DNA of 44,012 nucleotides from an uncultured bacterium (GTDB taxonomy: Bacteria; Babelota; Babeliae; Babelales; Babelaceae): assembly GCA_963824495.1 (NCBI GenBank), contig CAWGPQ010000007.1, positions 1-44,012 on the forward strand, in the 5' to 3' direction. This document shows, piece by piece, positions 9,396 through 20,232 of this stretch; within the stretch, counting starts at the first letter, position 1, and each line of letters opens with the position of its first letter. The translations under genes were made by a program, and so were the position numbers. Below the pieces are notes generated by a model. That model saw only the letters and a program-made list of their open reading frames with translations, ran no database searches and had not been told where the DNA came from.

Positions 9396-10322
9396 TCAAT
9401 TTTGCTTGATTTGCTTGAGAGGAATAGTACGTTTTTTTGCTATCCCGCTTTCTACGCGCCAACAACAGATAGCACCACATGTATGAGCATGGCGCTGTAA
9501 GCACGGAGGACAGACGATAATGTGCTTATTGCACTCGACGTTAACACAATTAGTGTACTCATCATAAGGTTTGGCACAGAAAAGACAGTGGGCAAGAATA
9601 TCACGCGTTACAGGTAGTGCTATGCGTCCGTCAAAAACATAGTTCTTACCCTTAAAGTAGCCGTCGGGGTATGCCTCAACGTAACGGTGAATGCCGCCGG
9701 TAAGTTGATATACCTCTTGAGCAACATTCTGTAACTTAAGATATGCTGATGCTCGCTCGCAACGAACACCAGCAGTGCAGTAGAAGAGCACACGCTTATT
9801 CTTAAAGAGATCAAGATTTTTATCGATATAGTTGGGCACTTCTCGAAACTTAGTGATTGTAGGTGTAATGGCACCCTTAAAAGCACCAATGCATGACTCA
9901 TATGAGTTACGAGTATCGAAAATAACAAGATCATCAGGTTTTGAAGCTATAAGATCATGAGCTTGCTGTGGTGTAAGATGTATACCACTCCTGCTTGCGG
10001 GAACCCTTTTTGGGTCAAGCCCGAGATGAACAATCTCTTCTTTAATAACAATACGCAAGCGGGGAAAATTATCAGCAGTTCCATCGCTTTCTTTAATATC
10101 CATATCTGAAAAGAGAGGATGATTGAGCATGGCATGCTTGTAGGCCTGGGTTGATTCATACGTTCCGCCAACAGTTCCGTTAATGCCTTCATGTGCTAGT
10201 ATAATACGCCCCTTCAAGCCTAGGCGACCACAAAGTTCCTGTTGAGCAGCAAGCAGAGCTGCTGTATCAGGAATAGCGACATATTTGTAAAATATTAAAA
10301 TTTTTTCCATCTTATTATCCAT
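9396..10322 (-). CDS. trhO: Rhodanese-domain tRNA uridine(34) hydroxylase (YceA/TrhO family)
   Basis: FYKY, LKGRIILAHEGINGT, DTRNSYE, YCTAGVRCE, FKGKNYVFDGR, Cys-rich C-terminus. Confidence 0.9.
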   Translation of the reverse strand: MDNKMEKILIFYKYVAIPDTAALLAAQQELCGRLGLKGRIILAHEGINGTVGGTYESTQAYKHAMLNHPLFSDMDIKESDGTADNFPRLRIVIKEEIVHLGLDPKRVPASRSGIHLTPQQAHDLIASKPDDLVIFDTRNSYESCIGAFKGAITPTITKFREVPNYIDKNLDLFKNKRVLFYCTAGVRCERASAYLKLQNVAQEVYQLTGGIHRYVEAYPDGYFKGKNYVFDGRIALPVTRDILAHCLFCAKPYDEYTNCVNVECNKHIIVCPPCLQRHAHTCGAICCWRVESGIAKKRTIPLKQIKQN

Positions 10323-10445
10323 TAATAGCTTTTATAAGCTATTAACAGTATAGTTGAAATTCACCTATGAGTATAGCAAGCAATTAAATTATTGATTCAC
10401 ATTACAGGTATCTTTTAGACTAAGGGAGCCAACAAGGAGTAATGT

Positions 10446-12935
10446 ATGACGCGGTATACTTATACTATAAGCTTTCTCTTGTGCTTGTTTGTGTATAAAG
10501 CTCAAGCTGAAGAAATTGAGCACAATAATGGTATCACTAACGGTATCACTAATGGAAATGGTAACGGTATTGAGACATCAGTAGCACTGATTAAGTGGGG
10601 TAATCAACTTGATGATATAGCAGCGCTGCTTGCTGATTTGACACAACGAGTACCGACTGCAGTAAAGCAAAAAATCAAAGACCCAACACTTGACGATTGG
10701 CTGCATAAGACCGTTACTTCATTACGAAATTGGCGTAAAGCAACTGAACCACATCTTCATACAGCACAGGATGTAGCTCGTGCTTTATATAGCACACAAC
10801 AGTTTCTTGCTCTTCTGAAGGGTATACTTGATAAGAAATGTACAGTGCTACCTGAAATTGATTGGGATATATTGGCGAAGAATGTGCCCGAGTCATTGCC
10901 CAACCTTGAGGTATTGTATAGAGCTATCGATGATGATATTGATTCTATCAGTATAGTAATGCAAGAGTTAACACTTATGTGGTTTCATAGAGCTGCTCGT
11001 CTTATCGATCTATTTTTTGAGCAGGTTGAAGAAAAAACATCAATAAGCACATGGTGGATGTTTTCACCAAGTTTGCTGGGCTTACCTACATTACTTGCTC
11101 GTGTTCCTCAACCCGATAGAATACATGAAGCAATTAAGCAGTATATATACGGTGGCGAAATACCTCATATTACAATTGGCTCTGTCAGCTATAAATCATG
11201 GAGTATACCGTGGCCAAAACTTGACGCAGCGTCATTTAAGCGCTGGGGCAGAGTTGAGCAATTAGTTGAACGTTTACTGCCGTTGCTTATCTTGAGCGGA
11301 CTAGCAGATATGGTTGTAGATCACTTCCTGGGGCACGATGTTATCAAGCTTCTGCAGCCTATTCCTGAACAGATAAGTAATCTATGGTCCCGTTTACGAG
11401 GATATCGAAGTCGCTCGCGTTCACAGTACGAGGTTATCACGGGTATTGACTTTAATGACGAGAATATTATCGGTCTAGAGGAACAAAAAGCCCAACTGAG
11501 GGATATTGTAAGTTATATGCTTGATCCTGATAAATATACTAATCAGGGCTATATACTTCAAAAGGGGATTTTGCTCATGGGTCCTTCACGTACAGGAAAG
11601 ACGCTAATAGCACGAGCGTTAGCAGGAACTATTAATAAGCAACTTCAAAAATTGGGCAAGGCAGGTCGGGTAACATTTATTGAAGTACGCTTGCAGGATA
11701 TCACGAGTGACGCGCAATTTTTACATATTATAGAAGATGTACAAAAACATGCGCCTTGTATTTTGTTTATTGACGAATTGCATATGCATCATTTGCAAAC
11801 TACCGGTAACGTGCATCTGCTTAAGTATCTCTTAACCGCTATTAATGATTTGTATATTTCCAATGATCCTAAAAATCAAATATTTATTTTAGCAGCAACA
11901 AATAGGCCTGACCTTATTGCCAAAGAATTACGATCGCATCAGCGATTTGGCAAAGAAATACGGTTTAATCTGCCTAATGCACAGCAACGGGGAAAGTTCT
12001 TTGAGCTTAAGCTTATCAAGCAACTTATGCTTGATGCTGAGCAGCTTAAACTTTCTTCATATATTCGTCAGACTGCTGGATGTAATTATGGTCAGCTAGA
12101 CTCTATAGTTGAAGTAGCTAAACTTATAGCCAAAACTGATCCTGAATCAAAAACAGGAAAAGCGCTTAAGCATATACATGTGCAAAAGGCAATTGATCAG
12201 GAGGTTCATCATTTTGTTAAAGACTCACACTTACGCTTAACGGATGATGAGCGTAGGAGGCTTGCAGTATATCAGGCTGGTCATGCGTTACTGCACTGTA
12301 TCCTCAAACCGAAGGCAGAGCTTGAGTTTGTTACTATAAGAGGCTATTATAAACCTATTATAGAAGTACTTGAAACACAAAGGGTCAAAGGTGAGTATCA
12401 ACCGGACGATCAATTTGTCATTGAGTATGGCAAGCTTATTAACTATGACCCTTACGAATCACTCAAAATTGCTGATACGTCCGACCTTGAAAAACAGGTA
12501 AAGATAGTACTTGCAGGTCATAGTGCACAAGCTATTATGTTTGGGAGCCCATCCTATAGCTATCATGTTGATGATCCTAAAAATGCTTGGCAATTACTTA
12601 AAAAATGCTTTCCTCGCATTGGCTATGAGTGTCCAGAAGAATTTATTGCTGAAGAATGCCCCGTAGCAGCTTGGCTTCTTAATCGCATGGTAGAACTTGA
12701 AGAAGAAACTGAAGCTATCCTTATGAATCACGCGCAAGCTCTTGATGATCTTGCTAATGCCCTGTATGAAAAAGTAACGTTAACTGCCAATGATGTTGCA
12801 GCAATTATTGATACATCATATACTACTATATTGCAGGCGGTTACTACAAGCCCCGATGCTTTGGTCAATCCCTTCAATCCTTATATATACTCACCCAACA
12901 GCGAGCATCTTGAGTTCAAGATGCTCGCTAGCTGA
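10446..12935 (+). CDS. Divergent FtsH-like AAA protein with a degenerate M41 protease domain
   Basis: Signal peptide. KGILLMGPSRTGKT, PCILFIDE, LAATNRPDLI. AVYQAGHALL sits where FtsH has AYHEAGHAL. LDDLANALYEKVTL resembles the FtsH C-terminal helix. Confidence 0.85.
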   Translation: MTRYTYTISFLLCLFVYKAQAEEIEHNNGITNGITNGNGNGIETSVALIKWGNQLDDIAALLADLTQRVPTAVKQKIKDPTLDDWLHKTVTSLRNWRKATEPHLHTAQDVARALYSTQQFLALLKGILDKKCTVLPEIDWDILAKNVPESLPNLEVLYRAIDDDIDSISIVMQELTLMWFHRAARLIDLFFEQVEEKTSISTWWMFSPSLLGLPTLLARVPQPDRIHEAIKQYIYGGEIPHITIGSVSYKSWSIPWPKLDAASFKRWGRVEQLVERLLPLLILSGLADMVVDHFLGHDVIKLLQPIPEQISNLWSRLRGYRSRSRSQYEVITGIDFNDENIIGLEEQKAQLRDIVSYMLDPDKYTNQGYILQKGILLMGPSRTGKTLIARALAGTINKQLQKLGKAGRVTFIEVRLQDITSDAQFLHIIEDVQKHAPCILFIDELHMHHLQTTGNVHLLKYLLTAINDLYISNDPKNQIFILAATNRPDLIAKELRSHQRFGKEIRFNLPNAQQRGKFFELKLIKQLMLDAEQLKLSSYIRQTAGCNYGQLDSIVEVAKLIAKTDPESKTGKALKHIHVQKAIDQEVHHFVKDSHLRLTDDERRRLAVYQAGHALLHCILKPKAELEFVTIRGYYKPIIEVLETQRVKGEYQPDDQFVIEYGKLINYDPYESLKIADTSDLEKQVKIVLAGHSAQAIMFGSPSYSYHVDDPKNAWQLLKKCFPRIGYECPEEFIAEECPVAAWLLNRMVELEEETEAILMNHAQALDDLANALYEKVTLTANDVAAIIDTSYTTILQAVTTSPDALVNPFNPYIYSPNSEHLEFKMLAS
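10527..10571 (+). repeat. Short in-frame tandem repeat encoding NGIT/NG
   Basis: aatggtatcact aacggtatcact aatggaaatggtaacggtatt encodes NGITNGITNGNGNGI. Confidence 0.8.
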
Positions 12936-12944
12936 TAAACTTGA

Positions 12945-13580
12945 TTAGCGTTTTTCTTGGGTTGTTGTTTCTTTTGTAACCTGTTTACCTCGTAGTAGGC
13001 GTTTAGCTTTTGCTTTTCCTGTGCCTAATGTACCCGTATGACCTGTTTTTTCAGATTCTTTTATGGGTTGATAAACACGTTTTTTCCTTGGCTCCGTGCC
13101 ACCGAGAATGCCCGTTGTGCTAGCTGTCGTTGAAGGCGCTGCTGGCGGTGTCTCTAGTTTGTGGGTTTCTTTTTTTGGAGATGTTCTTGGTGGAAAGCTC
13201 CTGAGCACTCTTCCCATAGGACGGCCAACGGTACCGCCAACTCTTACTTGTTCAGCATGAGTTTGTGCTTTATGCAAATTACTTGTGGCATGCTTAATAT
13301 AGTCCGAATTTTCATCATACCCAAGCTTTCGTAGGCCCTCAATGACCTTTTGCCAAAAATCTACCCGATGTTCAGCTCTAAGCTCAGGTGCTTCGGGTGC
13401 GACTGTTCTTCGCACACCCTGAGCTCTCGTTTCTGCTTCAGCTGAAGCAGAAACGGATGGTCTTGGTCTTAAGCCAATATCCTCTTCTAACCGTTGCCAC
13501 CAATGGGCTCCTTGCAAACCAAAAGATGCTGTAGCGCTTACGCTCATAAGAGCAAGTATCGGCAGAAATTGTTTTTTCAT
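12945..13580 (-). CDS. Hypothetical exported basic, low-complexity protein
   Basis: GGGGAG RBS. Signal-like MKKQFLPILALMSVSATASFG. Lys/Arg/Thr/Pro-rich C-terminal half. Confidence 0.75.
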   Translation of the reverse strand: MKKQFLPILALMSVSATASFGLQGAHWWQRLEEDIGLRPRPSVSASAEAETRAQGVRRTVAPEAPELRAEHRVDFWQKVIEGLRKLGYDENSDYIKHATSNLHKAQTHAEQVRVGGTVGRPMGRVLRSFPPRTSPKKETHKLETPPAAPSTTASTTGILGGTEPRKKRVYQPIKESEKTGHTGTLGTGKAKAKRLLRGKQVTKETTTQEKR

Positions 13581-13870
13581 GATAACTCCCCATGAATTAT
13601 ATGTGTAATGTGAAAACTATCTCTTAACATCATATTAAAAATATAAATTTAAGAGCATGCTAAAGTCAACAGTTTTATGATATATAAACAATTTGAATTT
13701 TTTAAATTGCAGGATGAGCGGGTAAATTACGATTGTCGCCTAAGCCAAAATAAAATATAAATTTTTTATTTAATATATAAAATAACACACTGAAAATAAG
13801 TTTGATCATTACTCATTTTTGGCGTATCCTAAGCATACTATGTATACTCTCTCAACAAAAGGTTACGTGC

Positions 13871-16207
13871 ATGAAATTGTCGCTCGCCTGGATCTTCGAT
13901 CATATACAAGCTTGTTGGCAGGATTATGATATTCACGATGTAGCTGCTCGTTTTACCGTCACAACGGCGGAAATTGATCGCATTGATCATGTTCTTATAG
14001 ATCTGAATATGATTACTCTTGCTCAGGCACAAGAACAGAAGAATGGCTCTATTTTTGTATATACGAGCGAATGGGCCAAGCACATCACAATGCCGATGCG
14101 TTCTGATGTTCAAGTCGGTGGTTTTTATTTGGTTAAAAAAGTAGGCAGCGTGGAGTATGCGTGGGTAAGTCTAGCTGATCTGTATGCAGACAAAGACGAC
14201 CTTATGCCTGCCGTATGCTGTTCGCTTGATGACAGAGCTGGTGCTTGGAAACGGCACGTTGAAGCTCAAGATTATCTGTTAACCATTGATAATAAATCAT
14301 TGACACATAGGCCTGATCTTTGGAGCCATCGGGGAGTTGCTCGAGAAATTGCGGCTCTTCTTGAGGTGCCTCTTGTGCCAGAAATGGACCTTTTGGCTAT
14401 TCACTCGATAAAAGCAGATAACGATCGAATTTCTGGTTGTAAATATAATCCCTATACTCTCTATAATGAGGAGCCGGGTATATGCAAGCAATTTGCGGGA
14501 ATTTACCTTGAAGATATAGCTTATAGGCCTTCTCTTATACCTATGGCTTCGCGCTTGGCACGTATTGGATCAAGACCGCTCAACGTCCTTGTTGATGTTA
14601 CCAATTATGTTATGTACGATATAGGACAGCCGCTTCATGCTTTTGATGCACGAGCTCTTAACAACAAAACTATTACGGTTAGATTTGCACATACGGGTGA
14701 AAAGCTTACGCTCTTAGATACTACTACGATTGAACTGACGCCACAGGACTGTGTAGTCACCGATGGACAACAGCCGCTTTCCTTAGCTGGTGTTATGGGT
14801 GGTTTAGAAAGTAGTATTAGTCCATCGACCCGCCAAGCCTTTATTGAATCAGCAAATTTTGATGCAGTTACGATCAGGAGAACAGCCATCCGTCATAAAA
14901 AGCGCACTGAAGCGTCAGCCCGTTTTGAAAAGGGCCTTGATCCCAATCAGGTTGTTCCAAGCCTCTTGCGCTTCTTGAAGCTGCTTAATGAGGCGTGTAT
15001 CCCCCACGATGCACCAGGTCCTATCATAGTGCTTGGTCAAGACGTAGCAGAAGAGATTATCGTCATAGCTCATAATCTCATTGAGCAGCGGCTGGGTACC
15101 GCTATTGCTCCTGAACGTGTACATGCTTTACTGAACAGACTCGGCTTTGGTGTAAGGGAAGTTTCACAAGATTCAGTACGTGAGTATGTTATTACAGTAC
15201 CGACATTCAGAGGAACCGGTGATATAGTGCTAAAGGAAGATATTATAGAAGAGCTCGGGCGATTTATAGGATATGCTGTTTTACCTCAAAAACTCCCGGT
15301 TCGTCCAATGGCTGCTTATTCCATGAAGGTGCCTATAAAGATACACACCATCAAATACCAATGTGCTTTCGGTCTTCGCATGCATGAGGTATATAATTAC
15401 GCTCTCTACGACGAGGAGTTCCTAAAAGTGCTTGCGTTGGATATACCAGAAGCAGTTGAGCTACGTAATCCTTTATCTGAGCACTGGAAACGTTTGGTAA
15501 CGTCTCTTATACCTCATTTGCTTAAAAATATATCTGAAAATATTTCTCAGCACACTTCACTTCGTTTTTTTGAATGGGGCCGACAATGGCACGCTCAAGC
15601 ACCTGATCATATACGTGAGCGTAAAATGCTTGCTGGTATTTTGTTTTCTACCACAGAAGTTAATTTCTATACAGCAAAAGCTGAGCTGCAAACGTTATGC
15701 GATAGTATTAAACTTTCGGTGAACTGGCGCAAAGCACAGGGGAAGCTTGAGCCTTGGTGGAATCCTCATCAAACTGCCGAATTACTGAGCGGTGATCAAG
15801 TAATAGGTAGAGCAGGTAAAGTTGACCAAGCACTTATGCCACGTGTTGCTGAAGGTGATGCGTTTATATTTGAGCTTGATGCTGATTTTCTGCTCACCTA
15901 TAAGCCGCCACAAGCAAGATTTATACCACTACCAAAATACCCCTCCGTTTCACTCGATGTAAGTATGTTAGTTTCAGCACCGCTTACGGTAGCTGAACTT
16001 GAGCGCTGTGTAGCCAGTGCTGATAATCGTATACGTTATGTTACGTTGGTTGATTTTTTTGAAAAAAAAGAATGGGGCAATCAACGGGCAGTCACGCTTC
16101 GTTATATTGCTTATGACCAAGATCGAACCATGACCAAAGAAGATATTAACATGATACAAAAAGCGGTAGCACAGGCCGTTAGCGCTTGTGGAGCTCAAGT
16201 GCGATGA
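13871..16207 (+). CDS. pheT: Phenylalanine--tRNA ligase beta subunit
   Basis: Start moved to MKLSLAWI at 13871. [58 protein letters not shown]-terminal FDX-ACB domain. Confidence 0.95.
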   Translation: MKLSLAWIFDHIQACWQDYDIHDVAARFTVTTAEIDRIDHVLIDLNMITLAQAQEQKNGSIFVYTSEWAKHITMPMRSDVQVGGFYLVKKVGSVEYAWVSLADLYADKDDLMPAVCCSLDDRAGAWKRHVEAQDYLLTIDNKSLTHRPDLWSHRGVAREIAALLEVPLVPEMDLLAIHSIKADNDRISGCKYNPYTLYNEEPGICKQFAGIYLEDIAYRPSLIPMASRLARIGSRPLNVLVDVTNYVMYDIGQPLHAFDARALNNKTITVRFAHTGEKLTLLDTTTIELTPQDCVVTDGQQPLSLAGVMGGLESSISPSTRQAFIESANFDAVTIRRTAIRHKKRTEASARFEKGLDPNQVVPSLLRFLKLLNEACIPHDAPGPIIVLGQDVAEEIIVIAHNLIEQRLGTAIAPERVHALLNRLGFGVREVSQDSVREYVITVPTFRGTGDIVLKEDIIEELGRFIGYAVLPQKLPVRPMAAYSMKVPIKIHTIKYQCAFGLRMHEVYNYALYDEEFLKVLALDIPEAVELRNPLSEHWKRLVTSLIPHLLKNISENISQHTSLRFFEWGRQWHAQAPDHIRERKMLAGILFSTTEVNFYTAKAELQTLCDSIKLSVNWRKAQGKLEPWWNPHQTAELLSGDQVIGRAGKVDQALMPRVAEGDAFIFELDADFLLTYKPPQARFIPLPKYPSVSLDVSMLVSAPLTVAELERCVASADNRIRYVTLVDFFEKKEWGNQRAVTLRYIAYDQDRTMTKEDINMIQKAVAQAVSACGAQVR

Positions 16208-16680
16208 TACAGCTACAGCTTAAAATGCAGCATATCAGTTCGTTGCTTATGGCACTAGCTATACTCCATATTGATAGAATAACCAAAGTGATTGCGCTCC
16301 AGCAAGGTGGTACCGCTGTATATTGTAATCAGTTCTTATCCTGTAAGGTAGTTCTTAATCGTGGTGTTTCATGGGGCTTATTTCATTCAGATGCTATGCT
16401 GCCATTTGCTTTGGTTACAACTGCTAACATCTTTATTATTGCTGGTCTTGTTTGGTATACCTTTGAGCGTATTCGTAAGGGATATGCTATTGTGGGAGAA
16501 AGCCTTGTGCTTGCAGGTGCTATCAGTAATGTAATAGATCGCTATGTTTATGCCGGTGTCGTTGATTTTATCGCTCTTAATTACAAAGGTTTGTCGTGCC
16601 CTTTTATATTTAATATAGCGGATATAGCTATTGTTTTCGGTGTTTTTATACTATGTGTCTATCACGTATCAAAAAATTAA
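16204..16680 (+). CDS. lspA: Lipoprotein signal peptidase II
   Basis: ATGA overlap with the pheT stop. [32 protein letters not shown]. Confidence 0.95.
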   Translation: MIQLQLKMQHISSLLMALAILHIDRITKVIALQQGGTAVYCNQFLSCKVVLNRGVSWGLFHSDAMLPFALVTTANIFIIAGLVWYTFERIRKGYAIVGESLVLAGAISNVIDRYVYAGVVDFIALNYKGLSCPFIFNIADIAIVFGVFILCVYHVSKN

Positions 16681-16716
16681 GCAGGTAAAGATTACATTAC
16701 TATTATTACTATTATT

Positions 16717-17181
16717 ATGAAAGAAACCTGGTATATTTCTAGTGTTACTCTGGGGCCTCTGGGTTATGCTCCAGCAGCTGGTACGCTTGGGTCGCTTGTA
16801 GCGTTACCGGTACTCTATATAATGCGACTTTACGTTCATACGGTTTTATACCAATTTTTTATTATTTTCTTTCTTACTTTTTTTGCTATAGCTCTTATTG
16901 CGCATGCGCTACGAGATTTTAGTGAGCAAAATTTTAATAAGAAAGATCCTAGTCCTATTATTGTTGATGAAGTGATTGGCTGCTTGTGGGCCCTGGTAGG
17001 CCATAATTTCGATGCTCTAACGCTCAGTTTGGGGTTTGTAGTATTTAGAGCACTGGATATTTTCAAGCCTTCTCTTATTGCACGTTGTGAGTTGTTGCCA
17101 GGTGCCTATGGTATTATAGCAGATGACGTGCTTGCTGGTATACTAACGTCAGGGATTCTTTATTTTTTCTTTAAACTTTGA
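16717..17181 (+). CDS. pgpA: Phosphatidylglycerophosphatase A
   Basis: APAAGTLGS, KDPSPIIVDEVIG, FRALDIFKP, GIIADDVLAG. Confidence 0.93.
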   Translation: MKETWYISSVTLGPLGYAPAAGTLGSLVALPVLYIMRLYVHTVLYQFFIIFFLTFFAIALIAHALRDFSEQNFNKKDPSPIIVDEVIGCLWALVGHNFDALTLSLGFVVFRALDIFKPSLIARCELLPGAYGIIADDVLAGILTSGILYFFFKL

Positions 17182-17227
17182 TATTTCGCCTGTAAATCAA
17201 GCACACAAGAACCATAGAAAGAACTTC

Positions 17228-17911
17228 ATGTATTCTCTATATTCTATAGCCACACTAGTTACCGATCAATTTCTTGCTCTTATTTCCCCGCCGCATTGTG
17301 CTTATTGCAAAAGATTATTGCCTGCACGTAAGCCTTTATGTGCATACTGCATGAGCTTGTTACGGCCTGTTGTATCAGTAACGCTTAATCTTACTACGTG
17401 CCATACAATGACGGTCCATGCGGTTGCTGCTTACGAGGAACCTATTACGTCGTTAATTTTGGCAAAGCGTTATAGTAATAAAGTTGCTAGTATTCAGCTC
17501 GGACAGCTTATGCTTGAGCACATAGCACGTACGAATCTTGCGTATGACTATATAACGCCTGTGCCCATTTATTGGCGCCGTTATGCTCAGCGTGGCTTTA
17601 ATCAAGCAGAAATTATAGCAGGCGTGCTTTCCCGCGCATCGGGGAAAGAACTCATTTCTGTTCTTAAGCGTACTCGTCATACGCCGTTTCAATTTCTCCT
17701 AACAGGAGCTTCACGACAGGCCAATGTTGCTCATGCTTTTGTAATCGATATGCAGCCTGATCATTACGCCGATCATCACTATAAAGATAAAGATATTCTT
17801 CTCGTTGATGACGTTATGACAACAGGAGCGACACTGCGAGCGATAGGCACGGCACTACTCGAGCTCAAGCCCCGGTCAATTACTGCAGTTGTTGCCGCAC
17901 GTGTTATATGA
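17228..17911 (+). CDS. comF: ComF family protein (zinc ribbon plus phosphoribosyltransferase-like domain)
   Basis: CAYC...CAYC, PVP...RGFNQA, LLVDDVMTTGAT. Confidence 0.92.
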   Translation: MYSLYSIATLVTDQFLALISPPHCAYCKRLLPARKPLCAYCMSLLRPVVSVTLNLTTCHTMTVHAVAAYEEPITSLILAKRYSNKVASIQLGQLMLEHIARTNLAYDYITPVPIYWRRYAQRGFNQAEIIAGVLSRASGKELISVLKRTRHTPFQFLLTGASRQANVAHAFVIDMQPDHYADHHYKDKDILLVDDVMTTGATLRAIGTALLELKPRSITAVVAARVI

Positions 17912-17924
17912 TAACCTACTCTTT

Positions 17925-17953
17925 TAGACATATCTTATTACTCTGGCTATAAT
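17925..17953 (+). promoter_or_regulatory. Putative sigma70 promoter
   Basis: TAGACA, 17-nt spacer, TATAAT, upstream of the GAGG RBS and ATG at 18002. Confidence 0.65.
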
Positions 17954-18001
17954 GATACGTAAGAGAGTATCGATTTTTAATAATTACGATGAGGATGCAC
18001 T

Positions 18002-19144
18002 ATGAATAGTAGGTATTTAAGTAAGGCGTTACTAGTTTCATCAATAGCTTTATTGCCCGCTTGCTCAATTACTGATTGGTTTTCAAAACATACGCCATGT
18101 ACTGATTGTGATGGTAAGCACACAAGTACTATAGGAGCTCCTGTACAAGCAGCATTACCTGTTCAAACTGAGCTTGAACGAGAAGTTCTCGTTTCTTTTG
18201 ATAATAAACCGGCTGTAACAGCTGCCGATTATGAGAAAAATATTCAGTTGCTCAGTAACGTGCAGCCAGCTTTTAAAGATATGCTGCCGTTCATGCCAGC
18301 AGATCAGCAAGACCAAATCTTTGAGCAGATCGCAGAAAATTTGGCCACTGAGCGTATTATACAAGAGTGGGTAAAGCGTAGTGGTATTGATAAGACTCCC
18401 GAATATCAAGAAAATGCTCGTCAAGTTTACGAGGCTGTTAATAGAGATCTTGCTATGCGAGCATTTGAACAAGACATTATTCGACATATCACTATTACTG
18501 ATGAAGACGCCCAAAAGTATTATGAAGAAAACAAAGATAAGCTTCCTATCTTTAAACGTGCACCTTTTGTTGCAAGCCTCGGTGGTGTACGTGCTCAAAC
18601 TGTTACTGCAGCAAATGAAAAAGAAGCTAACGATATCGCTGATAAAGCACGCAAGAGCAGTTTAGCTACAGCAGCTAAAGAAGCTAAAAAAACAGTTGAT
18701 GATCTCGGGCTTGTTACAACACAATCTACATCACTTGAACCAGATGTAAAAGTAAAAGTCTTGGCCATTAAAAAGTTCCCTGATGTTATTGTTGTCAAAT
18801 CAGGTAAGAACCAATGGAAGGTTATTGAAGCTACCGCTCGCCAAGAGCCACAACAGGCTCCTTATGATGAAGTAAAAGATCAAGTGAAGCAAATTCTCCT
18901 GCGTGATAAGTTCACTGATGCTTATAATAAGAAGATGGCTGAACTTAAATCAGAGTATAAGGTCTCTGTTAACAAAGACTATTTAAAGAAACGCAAAAGA
19001 CCAACGCCGCCTGAATTACCATCACAAACAGCTCCAGCAGGCGAAGCTCAAGCTTCAGAAACGGTAAAGCCTGAAGAGCCTCAAGCTCGTCCTCAAACCC
19101 GTCCAGCTCCCCAACAGGTAGCACCTCCAACTCGGGCTGCTTAA
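18002..19144 (+). CDS. PrsA/SurA-like foldase lipoprotein (degenerate parvulin-type PPIase)
   Basis: Lipobox LLPAC. Helical chaperone domain, ITITDEDAQKYYEENKDK, APYDEVKDQVKQIL. Pro/Gln-rich tail. Confidence 0.75.
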   Translation: MNSRYLSKALLVSSIALLPACSITDWFSKHTPCTDCDGKHTSTIGAPVQAALPVQTELEREVLVSFDNKPAVTAADYEKNIQLLSNVQPAFKDMLPFMPADQQDQIFEQIAENLATERIIQEWVKRSGIDKTPEYQENARQVYEAVNRDLAMRAFEQDIIRHITITDEDAQKYYEENKDKLPIFKRAPFVASLGGVRAQTVTAANEKEANDIADKARKSSLATAAKEAKKTVDDLGLVTTQSTSLEPDVKVKVLAIKKFPDVIVVKSGKNQWKVIEATARQEPQQAPYDEVKDQVKQILLRDKFTDAYNKKMAELKSEYKVSVNKDYLKKRKRPTPPELPSQTAPAGEAQASETVKPEEPQARPQTRPAPQQVAPPTRAA

Positions 19145-19172
19145 CAGCTCTCTAAAAAAAGCGTATAGTTAA

Positions 19173-19208
19173 AAGAAAGGGAATTTGTGTATACAGATTC
19201 CCTTTCTT
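19173..19208 (+). terminator. Intrinsic terminator-like hairpin
   Basis: AAGAAAGGGAATTTGT-GTAT-ACAGATTCCCTTTCTT forms a long stem with one G-U pair, about 30 nt after the stop and followed by T-rich sequence. Confidence 0.75.
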
Positions 19209-19248
19209 CTTGAACTTTTTTGACGTGAACTTTTTTGAAAGGGACAGT

Positions 19249-20211
19249 ATGATCTGCTATCGTCAAGCAAAAGTGACGCTCTTTATGCTTTTACTTAGTG
19301 TGTTTGCCATTATGCCTATTTGTGCTTCAGCGCCAGCGTCAGCGCAGCCTAAGGCCGTTCCTGCTCAAGATCCAGCTCAAGACCCAGTATCTGATCTTTA
19401 TCCTGTCGACGAGACCGTTGTGGTTATCGATTATATGGGAAATGCTGTGCTTATCTTGTTCTCTGATCTTATGAAGCCAGGTATTGACGGCAAGCCACCA
19501 GCCCTGCGTGATATTATCTTTGAGCATCTCATGGTATTAGATGCCCAACGCCTTAAAGTCACGGTTGGCGAAGATGATATTGATAGGTTTTTATCACATC
19601 TTCAAAAAGCCAATAATCTTACTCGTGATCAGATTATGACACTTTTCAAAACAGAACTTGGCTTTACTTCAGATGAAGAAATACGCAATCAGCTGAAGCG
19701 TAAACAGTTAATTGAAACAATTCTTGAAGAGCGCGTTAAGCGACATACTATTGTTTCTCAACAGGATATCGAGGCATATTGGAATGAACATTATAAAGAA
19801 GAAGCAACGTATACGTTAAAGCAGGTATTTATTCCAACTGCTGCAAAGACACCTGAAGAAATTAACGATGCGGTAAAACGAGCAGCGCTCGAAGACTCTC
19901 TTAATTGGGGTGAGCCATTTACGCTTAAAGATCATGAGCTTGCAGAAGACAAACGATTTATTACTACTAAGAATGTTGGTGATGTTATTGACATAGAGCA
20001 CGTTACCAATGGGATTGTTGTTACGCGTCTTGATGTTAAAGTTGACGCTCATGTTCCGCCTTTTGATAAAAAACACTATGACGAAATCGCATCGACGCTG
20101 CGTCGCGAGCTTTTTGAGAAACTCTTAAAAGAATACCAAACGCTCTTGCTCTCACAAGCACGTATTACCTATACTGATGAACGCTGGAAAGCACTCATGC
20201 CTAATCCGTAA
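19249..20211 (+). CDS. SurA N-terminal-domain chaperone-like exported protein
   Basis: Start moved to ATG 19249 (GGGA RBS). Signal peptide. VDETVVVID, AQRLKVTVGEDDIDR, IVSQQDIEAYW, ARITY resemble SurA_N. Confidence 0.7.
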   Translation: MICYRQAKVTLFMLLLSVFAIMPICASAPASAQPKAVPAQDPAQDPVSDLYPVDETVVVIDYMGNAVLILFSDLMKPGIDGKPPALRDIIFEHLMVLDAQRLKVTVGEDDIDRFLSHLQKANNLTRDQIMTLFKTELGFTSDEEIRNQLKRKQLIETILEERVKRHTIVSQQDIEAYWNEHYKEEATYTLKQVFIPTAAKTPEEINDAVKRAALEDSLNWGEPFTLKDHELAEDKRFITTKNVGDVIDIEHVTNGIVVTRLDVKVDAHVPPFDKKHYDEIASTLRRELFEKLLKEYQTLLLSQARITYTDERWKALMPNP

Positions 20212-20232
20212 CATGTATCGAGGGCGTCTTTC

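Noticed and set aside
13581..13870. Very AT-rich spacer as a possible replication origin (also 36560-36770)
   Set aside because: No DnaA-box cluster was seen. Both spacers are explained as divergent promoter regions.
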